Assembly: GCA_041179645.1 (NCBI GenBank)
Contig: JBEGSZ010000013.1
Span: 153,036-217,035 of the forward strand
Direction of reading: 5' to 3'
DNA length: 64,000 bases
Source of the DNA: Pseudomonadota bacterium
GTDB taxonomy: Bacteria > Pseudomonadota > Gammaproteobacteria > Burkholderiales > Burkholderiaceae
In this document: piece after piece, positions 31,705-42,802 of the stretch
How the letters are laid out: every line of letters begins with the position of its first letter
Position numbering within the stretch: the first letter of the stretch is position 1
Translations under genes and position numbers: made by a program
The notes under the pieces: generated by a model
The model's input: the letters and a program-made list of their open reading frames with translations, nothing else
Told to the model about the DNA's origin: nothing
Database searches by the model: none

Positions 31705-32880
31705 TTACTTTGATAACTGACGCATGGCATTCTCAAGGCCATTTAATGTCACGGGGTACATGCGATCCTTCATTAGGCCCTTCATAATGTCGATCGACTG
31801 TCGATACTGCCAGACTGATTCTGGTTCAGGATTAAGCCAAGCAAAATGGGGAAAGTGGTTAATCAGGCGATTAATCCAAGCTGCACCAGTTTCTCGGTTG
31901 TTAAATTCCACCGACCCATTCTGGCTCAGAATTTCATAGGGAGACATAGTGGCATCGCCAATAAAAATGAGTTTGTAGTCGGAACCATATTTGTTAATGA
32001 TGTCTTGGGTTGAGGTGACTTGATCGCGTCTGCGGCGATTACTTTGCCATAAATGCTCATAGACGCAGTTATGAAAGTAGTAATACTCCAGGTGTTTGAA
32101 TTCGGTTTTGACGGCGGTAAATAATTCTGAGATCCGCTGGATGTGATCATCCATGGATCCCCCCACATCCATTAACAACAATACTTTGACTTGGTTGTGG
32201 CGCTCGGGTCGCATTTGAATGTCGAGCATGCCAGCATTTGCAGCGGTTGAGTGAATGGTCTTATCGAGATCTAATTCAAGACTGGAACCTTCTCTAGCAA
32301 ACCGTCGCAAGCGACGTAATGCCATTTTGATATTGCGAGTTCCTAAACTGAGGTCACTGTCATAGTCTTTAAATTCTCTTGCTTCCCAGACTTTGATGGC
32401 AGTACGATTGCCGGCACTTTCGCCACCAATTCGAATACCCTCGGGGTGATAGCCACTATGACCAAAAGGAGAGGAGCCTCCCGCGCCAATCCATTTTTTC
32501 CCGCCACCGTGCCATTCTTTCTGCTCCTTCAAAAGCTCTTGAAGGCGTTTTTGTAAAGCTTCAGGTCCACCCAACTTTTTGAGAGCTGCTTTTTCTTCTT
32601 CGCTCAAGACGCGTTGTAATTTTTTCTCAAGCCAGTCCAGCGGTATATCTGGTGCCAATGCAATGATTTTTTCTACTCCATTGAAGTAGGATCCAAATAC
32701 CTGATCAAAGCGATCAAAGTGCTGCTCATCTTTCACCAAAGTCATGCGTGCAAGTTGATAAAAATCATCAATCGAAGGCTCAATGACGCCTTCCTTTAAG
32801 GCTTCTAGCAACGTTAAAAATTCTCGAACAGAAACAGGCACCTTAGCCTCTTTGAGTTGAAGAAAAAATTGAATCAACAT
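31705..32880 (-). CDS. VWA-domain protein (CoxE-like), partner of MoxR
   Basis: MIDAS-like LLMDVGGSM, YYFHNC, GDATMSPYEI, WLNP. Confidence 0.9.
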   Translation of the reverse strand: MLIQFFLQLKEAKVPVSVREFLTLLEALKEGVIEPSIDDFYQLARMTLVKDEQHFDRFDQVFGSYFNGVEKIIALAPDIPLDWLEKKLQRVLSEEEKAALKKLGGPEALQKRLQELLKEQKEWHGGGKKWIGAGGSSPFGHSGYHPEGIRIGGESAGNRTAIKVWEAREFKDYDSDLSLGTRNIKMALRRLRRFAREGSSLELDLDKTIHSTAANAGMLDIQMRPERHNQVKVLLLMDVGGSMDDHIQRISELFTAVKTEFKHLEYYYFHNCVYEHLWQSNRRRRDQVTSTQDIINKYGSDYKLIFIGDATMSPYEILSQNGSVEFNNRETGAAWINRLINHFPHFAWLNPEPESVWQYRQSIDIMKGLMKDRMYPVTLNGLENAMRQLSK

Positions 32881-32905
32881 GATTCAGATATTGAGATGCG
32901 TGCGG

Positions 32906-33763
32906 TCAGCGGTGATTTCGATTCATCAGCACTAAGCGTTCAAATAAATGAATATCTTGTTCATTCTTGAGAAGTGCGCCGTGTAAAGGCGGGATCGTAA
33001 TTTTTTCATCGCCGCTGTACAGCGCACCCGCTGGGATATCTTCGGCTAGTAATAGCTTTAACCAATCAATTAATTCTGAAGTAGAAGGTTTCTTTTTCAA
33101 GCCCGGTAGCGATCTGATTTGATAAAAAGATTTAAGGGCTGCCTCCAGCAATTCTTGTTTGATGTTTGGATGATGTACATCAACAATGCTTTGCATAGTT
33201 CCAGCATCAGGAAATGAGATGTAATGAAAAAAGCAGCGACGCAAAAATGCATCCGGCAATTCTTTTTCATTATTTGAGGTGATGATGACAAGAGGGCGAT
33301 GCTTAGCTTTAATAAGCTCTCTTGTTTCGTATACGTAGAACTCCATGCGATCAATTTCTCGCAGAAGATCATTCGGAAACTCGATATCCGCTTTATCAAT
33401 CTCATCGATCAAGAGAACAACAGGTTCATCCGCTTCAAATGCCTGCCAAAGAACACCTTTAACAATGTAGTTGCGAATGTCATTTACTTTTTCATCGCCG
33501 AGCTGAGAATCTCTTAGGCGGCTAACGGCATCGTATTCATAGAGGCCTTGTTGGGCTTTAGTTGTTGATTTAATGTGCCATTGCATCAGGGGCATATTTA
33601 AGGCTGCAGCTACTTCCTCGGCCAACATGGTTTTACCTGTCCCCGGCTCGCCCTTAATGAGAAGAGGGCGTTGAAGTTGTATTGCTGCATTCACAGCCAA
33701 TTTCAAGTCATCAGTAGCTACATAACTTCGGGAGCCATCAAAGCGGGTTTTGGTCTTTGTCAT
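32906..33763 (-). CDS. MoxR family AAA+ ATPase
   Basis: Walker A GEPGTGKT, Walker B LLIDEIDKAD, LPDAFLRRC. Confidence 0.93.
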   Translation of the reverse strand: MTKTKTRFDGSRSYVATDDLKLAVNAAIQLQRPLLIKGEPGTGKTMLAEEVAAALNMPLMQWHIKSTTKAQQGLYEYDAVSRLRDSQLGDEKVNDIRNYIVKGVLWQAFEADEPVVLLIDEIDKADIEFPNDLLREIDRMEFYVYETRELIKAKHRPLVIITSNNEKELPDAFLRRCFFHYISFPDAGTMQSIVDVHHPNIKQELLEAALKSFYQIRSLPGLKKKPSTSELIDWLKLLLAEDIPAGALYSGDEKITIPPLHGALLKNEQDIHLFERLVLMNRNHR

Positions 33764-33893
33764 TGTTGGGGCATTCAATTTGTCTGAAATAGCGTTCAAG
33801 TATAGGTAAAAGGGGGCTTATTTTCAGTGTTTTCACTAATTTCAGGGTCTGAAACAGGGTATGGCGGTCTGTCTCCGCTATACTCTCTCCAAA

Positions 33894-33907
33894 TTGATCT
33901 AAATCAA
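33894..33907. promoter_or_regulatory. Perfect FNR/Anr-type box
   Basis: TTGAT-CTAA-ATCAA, 9 nt downstream of a TATACT -10 (33879-33884). Confidence 0.75.
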
Positions 33908-33927
33908 ACTCGTTAATGATGATTTCT

Positions 33928-34293
33928 ATGAAAAAACACCTCATTCTTTCCCAATTAACCCTCTGCGCAGGTTTGGCTTTTGCTGGATTTTCAGCCCAAG
34001 CTCAGGATGTCAAAGGCTCTACTCAGGCTGGACAAGGCAAAGTTTGGCTTTGCGTTGGTTGCCATTCCATTCCTGACTATCGCGCTGACTATCCTTTGGT
34101 TTACAGAGTGCCGATGCTGGGCGGTCAAAATGCTGCTTACATCTCAACTGCTTTAGCTGCCTACAAGAAAGGCGAAAGAAAGCATCCAACAATGCGTTCT
34201 ATTGCTGCCAGCTTGTCTGATCAAGACATGGCTGACCTTGGCGAATACTATGCTGCGCAAACTGCCAGCTCACCAAATAACCCATTGAAGTGA
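33928..34293 (+). CDS. Monohaem cytochrome c (c4/c553-like)
   Basis: Signal peptide, CVGCH, PMLGGQ, distal Met in HPTM. Confidence 0.92.
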   Translation: MKKHLILSQLTLCAGLAFAGFSAQAQDVKGSTQAGQGKVWLCVGCHSIPDYRADYPLVYRVPMLGGQNAAYISTALAAYKKGERKHPTMRSIAASLSDQDMADLGEYYAAQTASSPNNPLK

Positions 34294-34310
34294 TATTTAG
34301 AGGCATGTTT

Positions 34311-34655
34311 ATGAAATTCGCACTAATTACCGCCATTTTGTTATCCAGTATTGGCGTTGCTCAAGCAGCTAACGCTGAAAAGGGTCAGGCACTCGTAGAG
34401 AAGGCTAATTGCGCCTCTTGTCACGGCGCTGGTCTTAATGCTCCGATCTTGCCGGCTTATCCAAAGCTAGCTGGTCAATACCCTGATTACCTCTATTACG
34501 CCTTAAAGGCTTACAAAGTTGGTAATGGCAACGCTCAATACGGACGCAATAATGCCGTGATGGGCTCCCAGGTTCAGTCCTTTACGGATGCGGATCTACA
34601 AGATATGGCCGCTTACATCTCTAAACTACCTGGAAACTTCGTCATTAAGAAGTAA
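34311..34655 (+). CDS. Monohaem cytochrome c (c4/c553-like)
   Basis: Signal peptide, CASCH, YPKLAGQ, NAVM; GAGG 7 nt upstream. Confidence 0.92.
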   Translation: MKFALITAILLSSIGVAQAANAEKGQALVEKANCASCHGAGLNAPILPAYPKLAGQYPDYLYYALKAYKVGNGNAQYGRNNAVMGSQVQSFTDADLQDMAAYISKLPGNFVIKK

Positions 34656-34681
34656 TCCAGGGATTTGAGTTGCGCAAGTTA

Positions 34682-34712
34682 AAAGGCTTAGGTTAATCAC
34701 CTAAGCCTTTAT
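34682..34712. terminator. Bidirectional terminator
   Basis: AAAGGCTTAGGT-TAATC-ACCTAAGCCTTT. Confidence 0.8.
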
Positions 34713-34739
34713 TCTTTTTGTTTGGCACTTCTGGGATGC

Positions 34740-35378
34740 TTATTTCGTGGCTTCCAGACCTCTGGCAAGGTGTTTGCGCATAGCAAGTTCTGCTGCTGTG
34801 GTGTCTCTTTTGAGAATCGCCTGGAGTATCTCTCGATGCTCGATAAGAGAGCTTAATAATCGGCCGCTCCTGCTTAAGGAGTCTCGCCTTTGAAGCTTAA
34901 GCACCTTACGTAGATCCTCAATCACGCCATTCATCCACTTATTTCCTGCAATTTCCTGTATTAATTCATGAAATTTCACATTAATTTCAAAGAATTGCTC
35001 TAGGTCGCGGTCTGCAGCTGCCTTTTCTAGGCGGTGATGCAGGTTATCTAGCTGAGTAAGTTGGGCTTCCGATGCCTTTAGAGCCGTCTCCTTGGCTGCT
35101 TGACCCTCGAGTAGGGAGAGGACAGTGAAGATTTGCTCTAAATCTCGTCTATCCACCTCAGTCACATAAGCGCCTTTATTCATCTTGGTAGTTACGAGTC
35201 CTTCGGATGCCAAAACCTTGATAGCTTCTCGCATTGGTGTTCGTGAAATACCAAAGGCTATGGCAAGACTTTGCTCATCTAGCCAACTACCCGGGGCTAA
35301 TTCATGAGAGAAGATTTGCTCGCGCAGTCGCTCGGCAACATCTTCGTATAGGGGCCTGTTAATTAGTTTTGTATTCAT
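34740..35378 (-). CDS. GntR/FadR-subfamily regulator divergent from the methylmalonyl-CoA operon
   Basis: wHTH FGISRTPMREAIKVLASEGLV; FCD domain FHELI...EHREIL. Confidence 0.92.
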   Translation of the reverse strand: MNTKLINRPLYEDVAERLREQIFSHELAPGSWLDEQSLAIAFGISRTPMREAIKVLASEGLVTTKMNKGAYVTEVDRRDLEQIFTVLSLLEGQAAKETALKASEAQLTQLDNLHHRLEKAAADRDLEQFFEINVKFHELIQEIAGNKWMNGVIEDLRKVLKLQRRDSLSRSGRLLSSLIEHREILQAILKRDTTAAELAMRKHLARGLEATK

Positions 35379-35388
35379 AATTATGTAT
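35373..35388. promoter_or_regulatory. Palindromic operator candidate
   Basis: ATTCATAATTATGTAT (perfect core CATAATTATG) overlapping the GntR start codon. Confidence 0.65.
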
Positions 35389-35474
35389 ACAGTATCTAGA
35401 CAAATTTAAAAATGTCAAGCAAAATATCCCTAAAAATTTAGCAACAATGCAATAAAGCCAACCAGGAGTGCTTT

Positions 35475-37670
35475 ATGAGTACAAGTGAAAAAAAGTCAGC
35501 ATCGAATTCATCCACTACTTGGCCAAATGTGCCAGACAGCAATTTAGATGCATGGAAAAAATCAGCCCAAAAGTCGGCGCCTAATGGCGATGTTGATAAA
35601 TTAGGTTGGCAAACGCCGGATGGAATCCATCTCAAGGCTTTATACACAGCCGAAGATACAGAAGGTCTTCAATACACTCATTCATTGCCAGGCTTCGAAC
35701 CTTTTGTACGTGGACCGCAGGCCACGATGTACTCGGTGCGCCCTTGGACTATTCGTCAATACGCAGGCTTTTCAACTGCAGAAGAATCTAATGCGTTTTA
35801 TCGCAAGGCTCTCGATGCAGGTGGTCAAGGTGTTTCTGTTGCCTTTGACTTAGCAACCCATCGTGGCTATGACTCCGACCATCCGCGTGTGACTGGTGAC
35901 GTTGGTAAAGCGGGCGTTGCAATTGACTCTGTTGAAGACATGAAAATTTTGTTCGATGGCATCCCATTAGACAAGGTGTCTGTTTCGATGACGATGAACG
36001 GTGCTGTATTGCCAGTATTGGCTGGGTACATTGTTGCCGGCGAAGAGCAGGGCGTTAAGCAAGAATTATTATCCGGGACGATTCAGAATGACATTCTGAA
36101 AGAGTTCATGGTGCGCAACACTTACATCTATCCACCAGAGCCTTCTATGCGCATCATCGGTGACATCATTGAATACACCGCTAAGCACATGCCGAAATTT
36201 AACTCGATCTCGATTTCGGGTTATCACATGCAAGAGGCTGGTGCGAACCAAGTTCTTGAACTAGCTTTCACATTGGCCGATGGCAAGGAGTATGTAAAAA
36301 CTGCCTTGGCTAAAGGTTTGGACGTCGATGGTTTTGCTGGCCGCCTTTCCTTCTTCTTTGCAATTGGCATGAACTTCTATTTGGAAGTGGCTAAGTTGCG
36401 TGCTGCACGCCTATTGTGGTGGCGCATCATGAAGTCCTTTGAGCCAAAGAATCCAAAGTCACTCATGTTGCGTACGCATTGCCAAACGTCAGGCTGGTCT
36501 TTGACTGAGCAAGACCCCTATAACAACGTGGTGCGAACAACGGTTGAGGCGATGGCTGCAGTATTTGGCGGCACGCAATCCTTGCATACAAACTCTTTTG
36601 ACGAAGCGATTGCCTTGCCATCCGAATTCTCTAGCCGTATCGCTCGTAATACCCAGTTAATTCTTCAAGAAGAAACCCACATCACGAGCGTGATCGACCC
36701 ATGGGCTGGCTCTTACATGATGGAGAACCTCACCCAAGAGATGGCTGATAAGGCCTGGGAGATTATTCAAGAAGTTGATGCGATGGGCGGCATGACTAAG
36801 GCTGTCGAAAGCGGCTGGGCTAAGCTCAAGATTGAAGCTGCCGCTGCTGAGAAGCAAGCCAAGATTGACTCAGGCTCTGATGTGATCGTTGGCGTGAATA
36901 AATACAAGCTTGGCAAAGAAGACTTGGTTGATGTCTTGATGATTGATAACGACAAGGTTCGTGAAAGCCAAGTCGCCAGATTAAAAGACATCAGGGCGAA
37001 GCGTGACTCCAAAAAAGTCGAAGCTGCCTTGGAGGCATTAACCAAGGCTGCAGAAGAAAACACCGGTAACTTATTGGAATTAGCTGTTCAGGCGATTCGT
37101 TTGCGCGCTACGGTTGGTGAGGTTTCTGATGCATTAGAAAAAGTGTATGGTCGCCATCGGGCCGATACTCAAAAGGTGACCGGTGTGTATGCAGCTGCTT
37201 ATGACTCAGCAGAGGGGTGGGAAAAATTGAAAGTAGAGATTGCAGAATTTGCAAAAGACTTTGGTCGTCGTCCACGCGTGATGATTGCGAAGCTTGGCCA
37301 AGATGGTCATGATCGCGGCGCAAAAGTTGTTGCAACGGCTTTCGCTGATTTAGGTTTTGACGTAGATATTGGACCTTTATTCCAAACCCCGGAAGAGTGC
37401 GCTCGTCAGGCAATTGAAAATGATGTGCACGCTTTAGGAATTTCTACTCTAGCCGCAGGACACAAAACCTTGGTACCAGCCATCATTGCTGAGTTGAAGA
37501 AGCAAGGTGCTGATGACATTATTGTCTTCGTAGGCGGTGTGATTCCAAGACAGGATTACGACTTCTTGTATGAGGCCGGTGTGAAAGGCATTTATGGCCC
37601 AGGCACTCCGATTCCAGCATCAGCCAAGGATGTGCTTGAGCAGATTCGTAAATCTGTAAAGCCAGAGTAA
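35475..37670 (+). CDS. scpA: Methylmalonyl-CoA mutase (adenosylcobalamin-dependent)
   Basis: [32 protein letters not shown]12-binding GQDGHDRG. Confidence 0.97.
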   Translation: MSTSEKKSASNSSTTWPNVPDSNLDAWKKSAQKSAPNGDVDKLGWQTPDGIHLKALYTAEDTEGLQYTHSLPGFEPFVRGPQATMYSVRPWTIRQYAGFSTAEESNAFYRKALDAGGQGVSVAFDLATHRGYDSDHPRVTGDVGKAGVAIDSVEDMKILFDGIPLDKVSVSMTMNGAVLPVLAGYIVAGEEQGVKQELLSGTIQNDILKEFMVRNTYIYPPEPSMRIIGDIIEYTAKHMPKFNSISISGYHMQEAGANQVLELAFTLADGKEYVKTALAKGLDVDGFAGRLSFFFAIGMNFYLEVAKLRAARLLWWRIMKSFEPKNPKSLMLRTHCQTSGWSLTEQDPYNNVVRTTVEAMAAVFGGTQSLHTNSFDEAIALPSEFSSRIARNTQLILQEETHITSVIDPWAGSYMMENLTQEMADKAWEIIQEVDAMGGMTKAVESGWAKLKIEAAAAEKQAKIDSGSDVIVGVNKYKLGKEDLVDVLMIDNDKVRESQVARLKDIRAKRDSKKVEAALEALTKAAEENTGNLLELAVQAIRLRATVGEVSDALEKVYGRHRADTQKVTGVYAAAYDSAEGWEKLKVEIAEFAKDFGRRPRVMIAKLGQDGHDRGAKVVATAFADLGFDVDIGPLFQTPEECARQAIENDVHALGISTLAAGHKTLVPAIIAELKKQGADDIIVFVGGVIPRQDYDFLYEAGVKGIYGPGTPIPASAKDVLEQIRKSVKPE

Positions 37671-37692
37671 TTTAGAGGGCAAAGATATCAAC

Positions 37693-38718
37693 ATGCTCAA
37701 TGCAGTTGACCAAGCTTTGGTGAATGATCTCACCGGTGTGCCTTCATCGGCGCAGCGTCGGGCCTTAGCCAAGATCATTACCTTGCTCGAGTCCACGCGT
37801 ATGGATCACCGTAAGCGTGCTGATGAGGTGCTCAATACCCTGTTACCAAAGACAGGCAAGTCATTTCGCCTAGGTATCTCTGGTGTGCCAGGCGTTGGTA
37901 AGTCTACCCTCATTGAAACTCTCGGTCTGTATCTGATTGAAAAGGGGCATCGTGTAGCTGTTCTAGCTATTGACCCTTCTTCAAGCTTATCTGGCGGTTC
38001 TATTTTGGGTGATAAGACGCGGATGGAGAGGCTATCAGTTTTAGATAGCGCATTCATTCGTCCGAGCCCATCATCCTGCACATTGGGTGGTGTAGCCGAG
38101 AAAACGCGTGAAGCAATGCTAGTTGCGGAGGCGGCAGGATTTGATATTGTCATTGTGGAGACTGTCGGCGTTGGTCAAAGCGAAATTGCTGTTGCTGGCA
38201 TGACTGACATGTTCTTGCTATTGCAATTACCGAATGCAGGCGATGATTTACAGGCAATTAAAAAAGGCGTCATGGAAATTGCGGACCTCATCGTGATTAA
38301 TAAGGTCGATCTTGATCCAGACGCTGCGATGCGCGCTCAGTTATTTATTACCAGTTCTTTGCGTCTCTTGGGATTCCAGGGCAATCCCGATCATGCCTCT
38401 CACAATCAAGAATATTGGCATCCAACCGTCATGACCTTAAGTGCTTTAGAGGGTAATGGCGTACCGGAGTTATGGGAAAAAATTCTGCATTTTCAAAAAC
38501 TGCAGAACGCTAATGGCCAATTACAGTCTCGTCGTCAACAACAGGCGGGTGCTTGGATGTGGGATCGAATTGATGTTGGTCTCAAGAATGCATTTCAGAA
38601 TCACCCAGAGGTACAAGCGCTTTTACCCGTGCTGAGTAGCGAGGTAAATCAAGGAACTATGGCCGCATCGGTTGCTGCGAGACGTTTACTCGAAGCAATG
38701 GGACACGAATTTTTCTAA
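37693..38718 (+). CDS. meaB: Mutase-associated GTPase
   Basis: GISGVPGVGKST, IDPSS..GGSILGDKTRM, ETVGVGQSE, NKVD. Confidence 0.95.
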   Translation: MLNAVDQALVNDLTGVPSSAQRRALAKIITLLESTRMDHRKRADEVLNTLLPKTGKSFRLGISGVPGVGKSTLIETLGLYLIEKGHRVAVLAIDPSSSLSGGSILGDKTRMERLSVLDSAFIRPSPSSCTLGGVAEKTREAMLVAEAAGFDIVIVETVGVGQSEIAVAGMTDMFLLLQLPNAGDDLQAIKKGVMEIADLIVINKVDLDPDAAMRAQLFITSSLRLLGFQGNPDHASHNQEYWHPTVMTLSALEGNGVPELWEKILHFQKLQNANGQLQSRRQQQAGAWMWDRIDVGLKNAFQNHPEVQALLPVLSSEVNQGTMAASVAARRLLEAMGHEFF

Positions 38719-38727
38719 GGAGTAGTT

Positions 38728-40260
38728 ATGAAGGAAATCATTCAACAGCTTGAAGCAAAGCGTGAGCTTGCCAGATTAGGTGGCGGACAAAAGCGTATTG
38801 CTGCTCAACATTCCAAAGGCAAACTTACTGCACGTGAGCGCATCGAGCTCTTGCTAGATGCTGGTACCTTTGAAGAGTGGGATATGTTTGTTGAACATCG
38901 CTGCCATGATTTTGGTATGGCAGATCAGACTGTTCCAGGTGACGGTGTTGTTACTGGCTACGGCATGATTAATGGTCGATTGGTTTTCGTATTCTCACAA
39001 GACTTTACGGTTTTGGGTGGCTCTCTTTCAGAAGCGCATGCTGAGAAGATTTGCAAGATCATGGATCAGGCTATCAAAGTAGGCGCACCCGTTATCGGTC
39101 TAAATGACTCCGGTGGTGCACGCATTCAGGAGGGTGTTGCCTCTTTGGGTGGTTATGCAGAAATCTTCCAGCGTAATGTGACCGCTTCTGGTGTTATTCC
39201 GCAAATTTCCCTAATTATGGGCCCATCAGCGGGTGGCGCTGTTTACTCACCAGCACTGACGGACTTCATCTTTATGGTGAAAGATAGCTCCTACATGTTT
39301 GTTACCGGGCCGGAAGTTGTTAAGACAGTGACGCATGAAGATGTCACCGCTGAAGAACTTGGCGGTGCCGTTACTCATTCCACTATTTCAGGTGTATGTG
39401 ATCTAGCTTTTGACAATGACGTTGATGCCATCATGATGCTCCGTCGCTTCTTTAACTACCTCCCTTTATCTAACCGCGAAAAGCCACCAACTATTAATGG
39501 TGCGCAGCGTACTGAAGAGCCAGATTTCTCACTCGACACATTGGTACCAAGTAATCCGAATCAACCTTACGATATGAAAGAGTTGATCGAGAAGATCGTT
39601 GATGATGGCGAATTCTTTGAACTCCAGCCTGATTACGCTAAAAATATCCTGATTGGTTTTGCCCGTATGGAAGGTCGATCAATTGGCATCGTTGCTAACC
39701 AGCCCTTAGTTTTAGCTGGCTGCCTAGATATCAAGGCATCCATTAAGGCGGCTCGCTTTGTTCGCTTCTGCGATGCTTTCAATATCCCTGTTGTTACATT
39801 GGTTGACGTTCCTGGGTTTATGCCTGGTACCTCCCAGGAGTACGGAGGCATCATCAAGCATGGCGCAAAGTTACTCTACGCTTATGCAGATTGCACCGTT
39901 CCTAAGGTCACGTTGATTACTCGTAAGGCTTATGGCGGCGCTTATGATGTGATGGCCTCGAAGCATTTGCGTGGTGATGTCAACTTTGCCTGGCCATCAG
40001 CTGAAATTGCAGTGATGGGTCCAAAAGGTGCTGTTGAAATTATTTTCCGCGAAGAAAAGTCAGACCCAGCGAAAATTGCAGCTCGTGAAGCGGAGTACAA
40101 GGCTAAGTTTGCAAATCCATTTGTGGCAGGCCGACGCGGCTACATTGATGATGTGATCTTGCCTCATGAGACGCGTAAGCGTATCTCACGTTCTTTGGCA
40201 ATGCTCAAAGACAAAGAGCTCACAAATCCACCGCGTAAACACGGCAATATTCCTCTTTAA
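38728..40260 (+). CDS. pccB: Propionyl-CoA carboxylase beta subunit
   Basis: [43 protein letters not shown]. Confidence 0.93.
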   Translation: MKEIIQQLEAKRELARLGGGQKRIAAQHSKGKLTARERIELLLDAGTFEEWDMFVEHRCHDFGMADQTVPGDGVVTGYGMINGRLVFVFSQDFTVLGGSLSEAHAEKICKIMDQAIKVGAPVIGLNDSGGARIQEGVASLGGYAEIFQRNVTASGVIPQISLIMGPSAGGAVYSPALTDFIFMVKDSSYMFVTGPEVVKTVTHEDVTAEELGGAVTHSTISGVCDLAFDNDVDAIMMLRRFFNYLPLSNREKPPTINGAQRTEEPDFSLDTLVPSNPNQPYDMKELIEKIVDDGEFFELQPDYAKNILIGFARMEGRSIGIVANQPLVLAGCLDIKASIKAARFVRFCDAFNIPVVTLVDVPGFMPGTSQEYGGIIKHGAKLLYAYADCTVPKVTLITRKAYGGAYDVMASKHLRGDVNFAWPSAEIAVMGPKGAVEIIFREEKSDPAKIAAREAEYKAKFANPFVAGRRGYIDDVILPHETRKRISRSLAMLKDKELTNPPRKHGNIPL

Positions 40261-40274
40261 GGCGCCGACACATT

Positions 40275-42311
40275 ATGACTACGAAAATGTTTAAGAAAAT
40301 TTTGATTGCTAACCGCGGCGAGATTGCTTGTCGTGTAATGAAAACCGCCAAGAAAATGGGCATCAAGACGGTTGCTGTCTATTCTGAAGCTGATAAAGAG
40401 GCGCGTCATGTGCAGATGGCCGACGAAGCCGTTTGTATCGGACCAGCTCCTTCACGCGAATCGTATTTGGTGATGGATCGGATTATTCAGGCCTGTAAAG
40501 ACACTGGCGCTGAAGCGGTTCATCCGGGCTATGGATTTCTATCCGAGAACGAACAGTTCGCTCGCCGTTGCGAAGAGGAGGGGATTGTATTCATTGGTCC
40601 TAAGCATCAATCTATTGCTGCAATGGGTGACAAGATTGCTTCGAAGAAGCTTGCTTTGGAAGCGAAGGTTAATACGATTCCTGGATTTAATGAAGCTATT
40701 GAAAAAGCGGAAGATGCCGTCAAGATTGCTCAAGGTATCGGCTATCCGGTGATGATCAAAGCCTCTGCGGGTGGCGGCGGTAAGGGCTTGCGCGTGGCAT
40801 TTAACGATAAAGAGGCTTTCGAAGGTTTTACAGCATGTCGTACCGAGGCCCTCAACAGCTTTGGTGATGATCGCGTCTTTATCGAAAAATTTGTTGAAGG
40901 TCCGCGCCATATTGAGATTCAGGTATTGGGTGATTCACATGGCAATGTGGTGTATTTAGGTGAGCGTGATTGCTCTATTCAGCGGCGACACCAAAAGGTT
41001 ATTGAAGAGGCACCATCCCCATTTATTGATCCTGCAACACGTAAGGCAATGGGGGAGCAAGCTGTAGCTTTGGCTAAAGCGGTGAACTATCAATCTGCGG
41101 GTACTGTTGAGTTTGTTGTTGGTAAAGACAAATCTTTCTACTTCCTTGAGATGAACACCCGCTTGCAGGTTGAGCATCCAGTAACAGAAGGTATCACTGG
41201 TCTTGATTTGGTTGAGCAGATGATTCGTGTGGCTGCCGGTGAAAAGTTGGCATTCAAGCAGGAAGATATCAAGCTAGATGGTTGGTCGATGGAGTGCCGC
41301 ATTAATGCTGATGATCCATTCCGTAATTTCTTGCCATCAACTGGTCGACTGGTGAAATACCGTCCGCCAGAAGAGTTGGATGGTGTGCGCGTGGATACAG
41401 GTGTTTATGAGGGCGGTGAAATCCCGATGCATTACGACTCCATGATTGCTAAGTTGATCGTGCACGGCAAAGATCGTACTGAGGCGATTGAAAAGATGCG
41501 CGCCGCACTGAATGATTTTGTGATTCGTGGTATCCATTCAAATATTCCTTTCCAGGCGGCTCTTTTGCAGCACCCACGATTTGTGTCTGGCGACTTTACG
41601 ACTGGCTTTATTGCGGAAGAATATCCTGAAGGCTTCAAAAAGGATTCAGTTCAGCCAGCAGATCCCCAGAGATTAGCCGCCTTGGCAGCATTTATGCGCT
41701 ATCGCTACCTTGAGCATATCCAAATGATTGACGGTCAATTGGTTGGTCACGAGATGACCATTGCTAATAAGTTTGTAGTGGTAACTGGATCACGTGTTGG
41801 ATCCAAGGACGAGATGAAAGAGGTTCCTGTTCGCGTTGATCTGAAAGAGGGCGTGTACTCTGTTTACATAGAACAAGAGGGCGATGTTAGTCGTTACAAC
41901 ATCGTCAGTAATTGGCGACCAGGCGAGCTTTGCTTGCGCGCAACCATCAATGGCATACACAAGATTACGGCGCAAGTAGAGCGTAAGGGTGTGAAATACG
42001 CTGTTGTCTTAGACGGAGCGCACTACGAGTGTATGGTCCTAAGTCCTCTAGGTGCTGAACTTCAGCGTCGCATGCTGGTTAAGGTTCCTCCGGATACTTC
42101 TAAGTTAGTAATGTCTCCAATGCCTGGCCTCTTGACCAATATTTCAGTCAAAGTTGGCGAGTCAGTCACGGCTGGTCAGAAATTGGCGGCCATTGAAGCA
42201 ATGAAGATGGAGAATACGCTGGTTGCTTCGCAAGACGGCGTAGTTGCTGAAATCTGCGCCAATGTTGGTGAAAGCTTGGCGGTTGATCAATTGATCATTC
42301 GCTTTGAATAA
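40275..42311 (+). CDS. pccA: Propionyl-CoA carboxylase alpha subunit (biotin carboxylase plus carrier)
   Basis: [37 protein letters not shown]. Confidence 0.93.
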   Translation: MTTKMFKKILIANRGEIACRVMKTAKKMGIKTVAVYSEADKEARHVQMADEAVCIGPAPSRESYLVMDRIIQACKDTGAEAVHPGYGFLSENEQFARRCEEEGIVFIGPKHQSIAAMGDKIASKKLALEAKVNTIPGFNEAIEKAEDAVKIAQGIGYPVMIKASAGGGGKGLRVAFNDKEAFEGFTACRTEALNSFGDDRVFIEKFVEGPRHIEIQVLGDSHGNVVYLGERDCSIQRRHQKVIEEAPSPFIDPATRKAMGEQAVALAKAVNYQSAGTVEFVVGKDKSFYFLEMNTRLQVEHPVTEGITGLDLVEQMIRVAAGEKLAFKQEDIKLDGWSMECRINADDPFRNFLPSTGRLVKYRPPEELDGVRVDTGVYEGGEIPMHYDSMIAKLIVHGKDRTEAIEKMRAALNDFVIRGIHSNIPFQAALLQHPRFVSGDFTTGFIAEEYPEGFKKDSVQPADPQRLAALAAFMRYRYLEHIQMIDGQLVGHEMTIANKFVVVTGSRVGSKDEMKEVPVRVDLKEGVYSVYIEQEGDVSRYNIVSNWRPGELCLRATINGIHKITAQVERKGVKYAVVLDGAHYECMVLSPLGAELQRRMLVKVPPDTSKLVMSPMPGLLTNISVKVGESVTAGQKLAAIEAMKMENTLVASQDGVVAEICANVGESLAVDQLIIRFE

Positions 42312-42319
42312 GGCTTGCC

Positions 42320-42784
42320 ATGACTAAACCATTCAGGATATTAGGTATTCAGCAAATCGCGATTGGCGGCGAAGATAAAGATCGCCTCCGCAAGCTTTGG
42401 GTTGACTTATTGGGTTTTGAATACAAAAGCACCTTTGTCTCTGAGCGTGAAAACGTCGATGAAGATATTTGTGCGATTGGTAAAGGTGCTCATGAGATTG
42501 AAGTGGATTTGATGCAGCCCTTTGATATCGAGAAGAAGCCCGCAGTTCATCAAACGCCTTTAAACCATATTGGTTTATGGGTGGACGATCTTCCAAAGGC
42601 GGTTGAGTGGTTGTCTGCAAACGGCCTTCGCTTTGCCCCAGGTGGCATTCGTAAGGGTGCGGCTGGTTATGACATCACCTTTGTCCACCCTAAGGGGAAT
42701 AATGAATTTCCTTTTGGGGGTGAAGGTGTATTGATTGAGCTTGTTCAGGCGCCACCAGATATCATTGCAGGTCTAAGTTCATAA
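42320..42784 (+). CDS. VOC family protein, probable methylmalonyl-CoA epimerase
   Basis: [29 protein letters not shown]; last gene of the mutase/pcc operon. Confidence 0.8.
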   Translation: MTKPFRILGIQQIAIGGEDKDRLRKLWVDLLGFEYKSTFVSERENVDEDICAIGKGAHEIEVDLMQPFDIEKKPAVHQTPLNHIGLWVDDLPKAVEWLSANGLRFAPGGIRKGAAGYDITFVHPKGNNEFPFGGEGVLIELVQAPPDIIAGLSS

Positions 42785-42802
42785 GTATTTAGAGGGACCC
42801 AA

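Noticed and set aside
29522-33763. Aerobic CO dehydrogenase (cox) cluster
   Set aside because: No coxM/coxS/coxL structural genes are in the window
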